Source of the DNA: an uncultured archaeon
Lineage (GTDB): Archaea > Asgardarchaeota > Lokiarchaeia > Sigyniarchaeales > SOKP01
Assembly: GCA_964486045.1 (NCBI GenBank)
Contig: CAZALK010000013.1
Span: 108,879 to 172,878, forward strand
DNA length: 64,000 nt
Reading direction: 5' to 3'
Within the stretch, counting starts at the first letter, position 1, and the number at the start of each line of letters is the position of its first letter. Position numbers and translations under genes: made by a program. A model generated the notes under the pieces. It searched no databases and was not told the origin of the DNA. It saw only the letters and a list, made by a program, of their open reading frames with translations. Below, in pieces: positions 20,816 through 29,431 of this stretch.

Positions 20816-22795
20816 ATGGCTAAAGAAGAAAGAATGAAGAGTATTCTTACTGAAAATCGAATTTTTAATCCAATTGATCTTAATCCTGAATATGCTAAAA
20901 CTGGAATGTCAATGGAAGAATATAAAAAACTTTACAATTATTCTATCGAAGATATGGAAGGATTTTGGGGTGAACAAGCAAATTCTCTTGATTGGTACAA
21001 ACCCTATGATAAAGTTTGGGAAAAAACAGATTTGTTCCCAGGAAAATGGTTTGTTGGAGGAAAACTCAATGTTGCCTATAACTGCCTAGATAGACATGTG
21101 AAAGCCGGGAAGGGTGATCATATTGCTATTATTTGGGAGGCGGACGAACCTGGTCAAGTTAGAAAATATACATATGATGAATTGTTAAAGGAAGTATCTA
21201 AAGTTGCTAATGGAATGAAAAAGCTCGGATTGCAAAAAGGAGACAGAGTTACTATTTGGTTACCGATGATCCCTGAGCTCGCAATAATCATGTTAGCGTG
21301 CGCTAGAATAGGTGTTATACATTCAATTGTGTTCGGTGGGTTTTCAAAAGAAGCTGTGAAAGATAGAATTGAAGATTCAGATTCTCGTCTTTTGTTTACA
21401 AGCGATGAAACTGTCAGAGCTGGTAAATTTTATCCTAAATTAGCTGATGTGGTTAAAATTATAGATAAGGTTCCAACTATAGAACATGTTATTGTTGTAA
21501 AACGTTCTGGAAGAGAAGTCACTCATACTAATAAAGATATCTGGTATCGCGAGTTTATTGAAGGTATGAGTGAAGAAAGTGAACCTGAAGAAATGGACTC
21601 TGAAGATACTTTATTCATTTTATATACAAGTGGAACAACTGGGAAACCAAAAGGAGTAAAACACACTACTGCAGGATACATTTTATACACTTCATATAGT
21701 CACAGAACCGTTTTTAATATCCATGAAGGCGATATATGGTATTGTACTGCGGATATTGGATGGATTACTGGGCATTCCTATATAGTCTATGGACCTCTCG
21801 CAAATGGTGCTACAAGCCTAATGTTTGAAGGGGTTCCTACTTATCCTGATGTTGATCGTTTTTGGGATATAGTAGAACATCATAAAGTTACCCATTTTTA
21901 CACAGCTCCTACGGCAATTAGAGCATTAATGAGATATGGGGATGAACCAGTAAAGAAACACGATATAAGTTCGTTGAAGCTTTTAGGAACTGTTGGAGAA
22001 CCTATAAATCCCGAAGCATGGACATGGTATCATAGAATAGTTGGAAAAAGTAAATGTCCTATAGTTGACACATACTGGCAAACTGAAACTGGGGGAATTA
22101 TAATGACACCTATAGCAACTGCGACACCGACAAAACCAGGATCTTGCTGTATGCCTTTTATGGGTATAAAACCAATAATTTTTGACCTTGAAGGAGAGGA
22201 AGTTACCGAACCAGATGAAGGAGGATATTTCGCGATGGGACAACCTTGGCCAGGTATGTTGAGGGATGTATGGAGAAATACTGAAAGATTTAAATCTACC
22301 TATCTTGAAAAATACCCGGGATATTATTACACAGATGATGGCGCCCGGCGAGATGAGGATGGATATTATTGGATATTGGGCCGTTTAGACGATGTTATTA
22401 AAGTATCTGGTCATAGAATTGGAACTATGGAAGTTGAATCTGCTATTGTAAGTCATCCAAGCGTTGCAGAAGCTGCTGTTGCTCCCTTTCCCCATAAAAT
22501 TAAAGGACAAGCAATTTATGCTTATGTAACTTTAATGCAAGGTGTTGAGAAATCAGCGAAGTTATCCAAAGAAATTAGAATGCATGTTAGACAAGAAATT
22601 GGTCCAGTATTTCAACCAGATGTCATACAATTTGCCGATGCTCTTCCAAAGACGAGAAGTGGTAAGATCATGCGAAGAATATTAAGAGCTATTGCCGCTG
22701 GCACTGATATCGGAAATGTAACAACACTAGCAGATCCATCAGTAGTAGATACCTTACTTGAAGAACGAAAGAAAATGGATATTGAAATAGGTTAA
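20816..22795 (+). CDS. acs: AMP-forming acetyl-CoA synthetase
   Basis: [58 protein letters not shown]. Confidence 0.96.
   Translation: MAKEERMKSILTENRIFNPIDLNPEYAKTGMSMEEYKKLYNYSIEDMEGFWGEQANSLDWYKPYDKVWEKTDLFPGKWFVGGKLNVAYNCLDRHVKAGKGDHIAIIWEADEPGQVRKYTYDELLKEVSKVANGMKKLGLQKGDRVTIWLPMIPELAIIMLACARIGVIHSIVFGGFSKEAVKDRIEDSDSRLLFTSDETVRAGKFYPKLADVVKIIDKVPTIEHVIVVKRSGREVTHTNKDIWYREFIEGMSEESEPEEMDSEDTLFILYTSGTTGKPKGVKHTTAGYILYTSYSHRTVFNIHEGDIWYCTADIGWITGHSYIVYGPLANGATSLMFEGVPTYPDVDRFWDIVEHHKVTHFYTAPTAIRALMRYGDEPVKKHDISSLKLLGTVGEPINPEAWTWYHRIVGKSKCPIVDTYWQTETGGIIMTPIATATPTKPGSCCMPFMGIKPIIFDLEGEEVTEPDEGGYFAMGQPWPGMLRDVWRNTERFKSTYLEKYPGYYYTDDGARRDEDGYYWILGRLDDVIKVSGHRIGTMEVESAIVSHPSVAEAAVAPFPHKIKGQAIYAYVTLMQGVEKSAKLSKEIRMHVRQEIGPVFQPDVIQFADALPKTRSGKIMRRILRAIAAGTDIGNVTTLADPSVVDTLLEERKKMDIEIG
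22603..22795 (+). repeat. Direct repeat copy 1 (acs 3' end, 193 bp)
   Basis: Matches 24089..24281 with 6 mismatches. Confidence 0.95.
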
Positions 22796-22911
22796 ATTAT
22801 CGTTCATTTTTTACTCTTTTTCCTTATTTTTGTATTTTTTAGAATTTGTTATAACATTCATTCAAATCTGATATGTCACAATCAATATAATTAATAAATG
22901 ATTTTTGTTGA

Positions 22912-23640
22912 TTATCTTAACAATGACTGACAGACAGAGCAGGTTTCGTGAGTTCCATCATTAAGTTCCCCACACATAGGGCAAATTATCCTAATCCCTT
23001 TTTTCATTTTCATTTCAGCTTTTCTTTGAGTCTGAAATTTAGCTAGTTTTTCTACTGTGATTTTTTCCTCCTTTTCCTTAGCTTCTCTCTCTGCTCTCTC
23101 TTTTGCTTCTTGTCGCGCTCTTAGTTTTGCTTCCCTTTCAGCTCTCTCTTTAATTTCTCTATCAGCTCTTTCCCTTGCTTCTCTTTCTCTCGCTTCTCTT
23201 TCTGCTTTTGCTTTTGCTTCTTGGTTTGCTTCTTCTATTGCTTCTTGTCTCGCTCTTTCTCTTGCTTCCCTCTCTTTTACTTCTCTTTCGGCTTTAGCTT
23301 TTGCCTCTTGTTTTGCTTTTTCTATTGCTTCTTGTTCCGCTCTTTGTCTTGCTTCACTTTCAGCCTTCTCTTTCAATTCTAGTTTTACTTTTTCTCGGGT
23401 TTCTTTTTCGATTTTTTCTATAGTTTTTCTTTCTTTTCTATCATCTAGTTTAGACTTTATATTATCTTTAGTGGACCCTAACTTTAGTTTTATAGTATCT
23501 TTACTATCTCCTAGTTTTTCTTTAAAACCACCTAATTTACCCTTTATCTTCTTTGATAAATCGCTAATTTTGCTCTTTGTTGAATCATCAATTTCATCAT
23601 CAATATAATCTTTATAGTTTTCCTCTTCACGATCATTCAT
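22912..23640 (-). CDS. Charged helical (ER/K) protein with C-terminal RanBP2-like Zn finger
   Basis: GGAGG SD; EAKAKAERE repeats; CPMCGELN...CSVCQ. Confidence 0.75.
   Translation of the reverse strand: MNDREEENYKDYIDDEIDDSTKSKISDLSKKIKGKLGGFKEKLGDSKDTIKLKLGSTKDNIKSKLDDRKERKTIEKIEKETREKVKLELKEKAESEARQRAEQEAIEKAKQEAKAKAEREVKEREARERARQEAIEEANQEAKAKAEREAREREARERADREIKERAEREAKLRARQEAKERAEREAKEKEEKITVEKLAKFQTQRKAEMKMKKGIRIICPMCGELNDGTHETCSVCQSLLR
23167..23340 (-). repeat. Intragenic tandem repeat, 2 x 87 bp (29 aa)
   Basis: AEQEAIEKAKQEAKAKAEREVKEREARER followed by ARQEAIEEANQEAKAKAEREAREREARER. Confidence 0.85.
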
Positions 23641-23789
23641 TTATAAAACCTCCTAAGTCATTATGGAATCATTGTCTTTCGTAATTATTAGTTATAATAT
23701 AATTAATATTAATTAATTTACATTTTTAAAATCATTTCATATTGCTTTGTATAGGACTTAAATTGAAAGTATTTAGAACTATTATTTTA

Positions 23790-24088
23790 GAAGAGCATCC
23801 CCCCTCGAAGAACTACTCACTGAAAGTTTTATTTCTCCTCATCTTCTTGAATCATACGAGTAGAAAATCTTTTGTAATACGATTCAAATACGAATGACTT
23901 TTTATAGATAAAAAAGAGAATTGATATGTAATACAATTGAAAGCAAGAGATAAATGAAAAACAAAGATTTGTAGAGCAATCTGGATATATTCTTCTTTAT
24001 TAATATAATAGCTTATAAGGAGATGCGAAGATGAAGCTATACGGGACATTAATCTCGCAAAACTCTCTTTATCATCCACCTTGGAATA
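23790..24088 (-). pseudogene. Decayed internal fragment of a paralog of the TPR-nitrilase gene at 24314..28147
   Basis: [34 protein letters not shown] versus YSKEGVNESFARLLGRKASASHILMSYNINQEEY in the intact gene. Confidence 0.8.
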
Positions 24089-24281
24089 TCCAGTTTTTCA
24101 ACCAGATGTTATACGATTTGCCGATGCTCTACCAAAGACGAGAAGTGGTAAGATCATGCGAAGAATATTAAGAGCTATTGCCGCTGGCACTGATATCGGA
24201 AATGTAACAACACTAGCAGATCCATCAGTAGTAGATACCTTACTTGAAGAACGAAAGAAAATGGATGTAGAAATAGGTTAA
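24089..24281 (+). repeat. Direct repeat copy 2: orphan acs 3' fragment with stop codon and T-tract
   Basis: Encodes [25 protein letters not shown]...MDVEIG*; ~97% identical to 22603..22795. Confidence 0.95.
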
Positions 24282-24313
24282 TTTTTTTTTATTTTTATAC
24301 TTTTAATTTAAAT

Positions 24314-27300
24314 CTATCTTGTACTTTGTATAAATAGTGTCTCTTTCTCTTGTTCCTTTTCCCATTTTTTACGCTCTGAACGTAATTTGAAGAGATCTAT
24401 ATCTTTATATATCAAACCTTCCTCTTTTGCAGGTATCATTCGCTTAGACCTGTCTTTTTCTGGAGTATAAATAAGAGATTCTCCATATTCTCCAATATTC
24501 GCAAAAAATGAATAAGCATAAATGGATCTACGGGCATCAAAATGGGCAGCTTTAAAATCAGCTGTAACAGGTGTAAATGCGGGATTCAGAATTATATCAA
24601 TAGGAGGCTCAAAATTTTTCAGTTCTACTCTGAGATCCATATCAAGGAAGTCCCGACAAATAACGATTACGATTCTACCATATTCTGTATTGCAAATGAT
24701 AGTTCTCCGAGGTAATCTGCTAACTTCTATTCCTTCTTTAATACGGTTTCCTTCTCCAGTACTAATTACTGCGGGGATATGCTTCTCTTGTTCCCAGAGA
24801 ATTCCTTCCGGTCCAAAAACCATACTAATATTTCGTTTTGTTTTTTGGTCATGAAAAGATCCAGGAACGATATACATGTTATATAATTTAGCCAAGTCTG
24901 ATATTTCTTCAAAGAATACATTATAATTAAGGTCAATAGACATTTCAGGAAAGAGTAAAATATTGATTTCCTCACTATTCGCTTTCTCAATCATGATTTT
25001 AACATTAGTTCTCAATTCCTTAACAATATTTTCTTTTAAACTAAGAAGACCTGATGAATCCATCTTGAATAACTCTTTCATGATGTTTCCAGTCTCAGAT
25101 ATACCTATTTGAGCAATACCAACTCTGCATTCTTTTTTTTGAACTTTAGGATATGCTTTTAGCAAATCCGTATAGACCAATTCATACTTCTTCCTATCTA
25201 TTTTCTCTATCGAAATCCGCCTTTCTTCAACATTAAACTGACGGGCTTCACTTAATCGTGGAGATTGGCTGCTTTCAATAGGACAAGAAGGAGCAACTAT
25301 ACCCATTGTACTACGGAAAATAGAAGGTTCTTTTATAGTACTTAAAGCTGAAAAAAGAATTGACTCTTCTTTCTCTACCCTAATTAATCGATCTTGAACT
25401 TCCTTCTTCTTATTTTCATAACCTGCTTTGCCAAACAGTTCTAAAGCAGATTTTAAATATTGTCCTCCTATTCCTAAAAGTTTTCCTTTTTCCTGAAGAT
25501 CTGATTCTTCATCGGCTTTGATTAAGTGCCATGCTGCATCAAAATAAATAGAAGTTGCTTGAGCCCAATCAGCCCCACTTTCAAAACCTCCCTTTTCATA
25601 CGAAGTAGCTGCTTTACTAAGCGTTACTTTAACTTTTGGGTATAAATCTGTTTTATCTTTCATTTCAATAGATTCATCAAATTTACAGCCATATTCAAGG
25701 GCTTGGCAAAAAGTTGAATTTCCAGTAGCTAATAACTTTAAATTTGTATCAGTGAAAAGATCACTGGCTTTTGCAAACAACACTGCTGCTTCAGAAAACC
25801 TATAAGGGTCTTCATATTTTTCAGCAAGTTCCATATTTTCCCAAGCTCTACACAGATAATAAACTGCTTCTAATTCCTCTCGTTCCCGTTTAATTTTAAA
25901 TAAAATACATATATCTCTGAATTGAGAAGATGCAAGAGCGAATTTTTCTGCAGCTGCAATGTGCTCACCCTGTTTTCCTAAAATCCTTGCTTCTTCAAGG
26001 TTTACTCTAGCGATACAATGATTCACCCTTACTTGGGCTATTTTTTCAAATTTATTCATTCTCTCTTTCTCAAATTTTTCTCTTGAATGCGCATGTGATT
26101 TTTTCAATGCTTCAATTGCTTTTTCAAAGATTTTTGCTGTCTTTTTAAAACTTTCTATGGCTTCTTCGTGCTTTTCTTGTTTACTTAGTTGCTCTGCTTC
26201 TTCCAATGATATCCAACCAGAATAATAAGATGCTTCATAACGGTAACTTCGCAATTCTATTAAAATATCATAAGCTTTTTTATAAAATTCCTTAGCTTGA
26301 ATATGATTTTCTCGTATATGAAACGATTTAGCTTCTTCAATAAAATTCCAAGCCTTTACATATTTAAATTTCTCATTGATTCTATTTTTTAAAAGTTTAT
26401 ATTTTATCATTTGCTGTGACTTATTATAGGCTTCCTGAGCTTTCTTGTAATTTTCAGCAGAAAGCATAAAATTACCCAAGCGATCTTCTATACGAGCTAT
26501 ATATTGATAACTAGCAGCCTCATAAGAAAAATATCTTCTATCAACACTCTCTTTTATTGTGTGGAGAAATATTTCCCGCGCTTGATTTAAATCAGTAGTT
26601 TCTCTCGTTATAATTCCTAATTCCTCATATAATAACCCAAGTCTCATTTGTTCTGAAAGAGCGCCAGTACGAGATAATATAGCATAATTGATTGATTTTT
26701 TTTGGGCGTTTATTGCCTTTTTGAGGTTGGTAATTCTGTCTTCTTTCTTTTTTGTGATTTCTGCAAGAGTTTTATGAGCCTTATAAAGACTTGTATAACC
26801 ACCAGCCTGAGGAAATCCTCCTTCATACTTTAAACCGAATTCTTCTGCCTGTTTTGCGTGTTGAAGCATAATCTGGGCATATTCTCCTTGTTCTGTTTTT
26901 GATTCCTCGAGAATAGTAAGTTGAGAATAAGCTAATATTAAACCTTGGTATAACCATGCTATAATACTAGGGAAATTAGGTGCACTCATCGCTTCCTTTG
27001 CATATTGGATCCCTTTTTCAGCGTAGGTTTTGCGTTGTTCCGCAGTAAAAAAACCCCTTTGTGAAGAGTTTGTATAATAAAGTGCAGGTATTACTTTTGC
27101 CAGGGAAAAAAACATATTATAAGAATGTGCATAGATCTTCCCTAATTCCAAACAGTCTTTGATGTCATTAAGAATTCTCTTCTGGAGATAACCGACTCTA
27201 CCACTAAAAAGTGCAAAATAGTCTATGAAAAACATACACCATAGTATATTATTTTTACTCTTCGTTTTACGGGCAAAATTTAAAGCTTTCTCTAGTAATT

Positions 27301-28147
27301 CTATTCCCTTATCAAGATATTCCTCTTGTTCTCTTTCATCTTCGATGAATTGATACCCAAACATGCAATAACAAACCCCTGTTGCTGAGTAAACTAGATT
27401 AAGAGCATATGGATCATTTAAGTTTTCAATAACCGGAATACTATTATTACATTCTATCAAGAGCTTCTTGGTCCCTTCCTCCATATTTTCATCATTTTTA
27501 AAGTCTTGGACTGTTAATCCATTGAAACTAATCAAAAGTTGCATATTCAACGACTCAGACAAAATCTGAATATTTCTAATCTCTTTTGAAATCTCCCAAG
27601 CTTTTTTAGCAGATTCAATTCCATGTAGAACAACCCGGTTATATTCTTCTTGATTAATATTATAAGACATGAGGATATGTGAAGCTGACGCTTTACGGCC
27701 CAATAATCTCGCAAAACTCTCATTAACGCCCTCCTTGGAATAAATTTCACTTGATTCACTAAAAAGTTTAATAGCCTGATAATATGCCTTCTGACCTTCT
27801 GCATCAGAAGTTGTGAGAAGTCCACTCGTAAAAAACATTTCTGCTTCGCACTCAAGCTCCATAGATCTATTTCCAAGCTGTTGAAAGAGAATCATTGCCT
27901 CTTTATAGGCCTCAACAGCACATTTGATTTGGTTAATATATTCTTCAACTGTATCAACAGTATCAGCAGCTCTACTGTGAGCATACCCAAGATTTTTATA
28001 ATTTTCAGCAGCTCTCTCAACTAATTTTTTATCCAAATAAAGGCTGATAACTCGTTTATATAAATTAGCTGCTTCTATCCAATTATAAATTCTTTCTTCT
28101 TCCTGTGCCTTCTCTAATAATCTCTCTTCACTTTCTTCTAAAGTCAT
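24314..28147 (-). CDS. TPR-solenoid protein with C-terminal carbon-nitrogen hydrolase (nitrilase) domain
   Basis: About 1000 aa of TPR-like helices; then RVGIAQ, FPEM (Glu), QEKHIP (Lys), ICRD (Cys), FANIGEYGES. Confidence 0.85.
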   Translation of the reverse strand: MTLEESEERLLEKAQEEERIYNWIEAANLYKRVISLYLDKKLVERAAENYKNLGYAHSRAADTVDTVEEYINQIKCAVEAYKEAMILFQQLGNRSMELECEAEMFFTSGLLTTSDAEGQKAYYQAIKLFSESSEIYSKEGVNESFARLLGRKASASHILMSYNINQEEYNRVVLHGIESAKKAWEISKEIRNIQILSESLNMQLLISFNGLTVQDFKNDENMEEGTKKLLIECNNSIPVIENLNDPYALNLVYSATGVCYCMFGYQFIEDEREQEEYLDKGIELLEKALNFARKTKSKNNILWCMFFIDYFALFSGRVGYLQKRILNDIKDCLELGKIYAHSYNMFFSLAKVIPALYYTNSSQRGFFTAEQRKTYAEKGIQYAKEAMSAPNFPSIIAWLYQGLILAYSQLTILEESKTEQGEYAQIMLQHAKQAEEFGLKYEGGFPQAGGYTSLYKAHKTLAEITKKKEDRITNLKKAINAQKKSINYAILSRTGALSEQMRLGLLYEELGIITRETTDLNQAREIFLHTIKESVDRRYFSYEAASYQYIARIEDRLGNFMLSAENYKKAQEAYNKSQQMIKYKLLKNRINEKFKYVKAWNFIEEAKSFHIRENHIQAKEFYKKAYDILIELRSYRYEASYYSGWISLEEAEQLSKQEKHEEAIESFKKTAKIFEKAIEALKKSHAHSREKFEKERMNKFEKIAQVRVNHCIARVNLEEARILGKQGEHIAAAEKFALASSQFRDICILFKIKREREELEAVYYLCRAWENMELAEKYEDPYRFSEAAVLFAKASDLFTDTNLKLLATGNSTFCQALEYGCKFDESIEMKDKTDLYPKVKVTLSKAATSYEKGGFESGADWAQATSIYFDAAWHLIKADEESDLQEKGKLLGIGGQYLKSALELFGKAGYENKKKEVQDRLIRVEKEESILFSALSTIKEPSIFRSTMGIVAPSCPIESSQSPRLSEARQFNVEERRISIEKIDRKKYELVYTDLLKAYPKVQKKECRVGIAQIGISETGNIMKELFKMDSSGLLSLKENIVKELRTNVKIMIEKANSEEINILLFPEMSIDLNYNVFFEEISDLAKLYNMYIVPGSFHDQKTKRNISMVFGPEGILWEQEKHIPAVISTGEGNRIKEGIEVSRLPRRTIICNTEYGRIVIVICRDFLDMDLRVELKNFEPPIDIILNPAFTPVTADFKAAHFDARRSIYAYSFFANIGEYGESLIYTPEKDRSKRMIPAKEEGLIYKDIDLFKLRSERKKWEKEQEKETLFIQSTR

Positions 28148-28353
28148 TCAGAATCAATTATTGAGTAGATTTTGTTTAATTTCGACCTTAACTGTCTAAT
28201 ATTTATTACTTTGAATTATTAATAAACATTCAGTTCAATTTAAAATGTTTTACTTTTTACTGGAAAAAATAATTGGTAATTTAATAATGAATCTTGAATA
28301 TTATTAAACAATATTATAAAGAGAATTGTTTGTTAAGAGAAGGTGATGATAAA

Positions 28354-28704
28354 ATCTCAGAAGTATTTCCTAAACCAATAACAAGTCTTCCTGAAGCCGA
28401 TATTCCATTAGAGGGTGTAAAAGCATATTTATCTCAAAGCGACAACCATCAGATTATATTTATGGAGTTCGAAAAGGATGTTTCAGTTCCAGAACATTCT
28501 CATGAAGCTCAGTGGGGAATTATTCTTGAAGGGAAAATTGATTTAATTGTAGAGGGTAAACTTAACACTTATTCCAAAGGTGATAGATACTTTATTTCTA
28601 AAGGAGTAAAACATTCGGCTGTGATATATGCTGGTTATCGCGATCTCACATTTTTCAATCAAAAGGATAGATATATGCCTAAATCTCTAGAAAGTATTAA
28701 ATAA
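28354..28704 (+). CDS. Cupin domain protein (probable ATC start; ORF track uses TTG at 28294)
   Basis: PEHSHEAQWG and GVKHSA motifs; AGGTGA SD 7 nt before the in-frame ATC. Confidence 0.8.
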   Translation: MSEVFPKPITSLPEADIPLEGVKAYLSQSDNHQIIFMEFEKDVSVPEHSHEAQWGIILEGKIDLIVEGKLNTYSKGDRYFISKGVKHSAVIYAGYRDLTFFNQKDRYMPKSLESIK

Positions 28705-28789
28705 TTAAAAGCAATACTTTTGCCAAAATATTCAATTTTATCCAAGTTTTGATGAAAAATCATTTAATAAACTACAAGTAGTAAAGGAT

Positions 28790-29284
28790 ATGAAAGATTT
28801 TAAATTTTAAATTTCATTATTTTCAGGAGTTTTGGGGATTATTTCAATTTTTACTCCAGCAACTTTTCATGTTAATCCAAATTATGTTTACCATTTTTGG
28901 TTATGGGGATTAGCAGTATTTTTTGGTTTAAATTCAAGTGAAATAGGCTCTTATTATGTAACAGAAGCAGGAATTTTAATTCCAGGGTGGATTTCTATAA
29001 TTTTAATCCTAATAGGGTCTGTTTTAATCCTGTATGTTACTTTAAAAGGTAAAAAAACGGAACAATTAAAATTAAAATTTTGTGTCATTGGAGGTATTAT
29101 GATGATTACATCTCCTCTCTTTTTCATTATATCCAATCAAATTATCTCCATTTTTGTAATAGCTCATCCAACATTTGGGAGTGGAGACTCCTTTTGGCCA
29201 AATATTACGATTTTTTTCCAATTTATTGCAGGAACAATTGTTTTAATTTCCACTATTTTATCAAGTAAAACAAGAAAGATTTAA
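28790..29284 (+). pseudogene. Small multi-pass membrane protein with in-frame TAA at codon 7
   Basis: ATG at 28790 gives MKDFKF*ISLFSGVLGIISIFTPA; the stop at 28808-28810 cuts off the first TM helix. Confidence 0.6.
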
Positions 29285-29431
29285 GTTCATTGAACTTATG
29301 AGATACCTTTTTTTTAATTAAGTTATGTTTTACAAAGTGTAGAAAAACTTTGAATTATTATAACACTAAACTAATGCTTTGTTAAGAAAAGATTCGGAAT
29401 TATCAAGGCTAACGCATTTTCATTTATTATT

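Noticed and set aside
23057-23608. 183-aa Ser/Leu/Ala-rich plus-strand ORF
   Set aside because: Antisense shadow of the E/K/R repeat gene.
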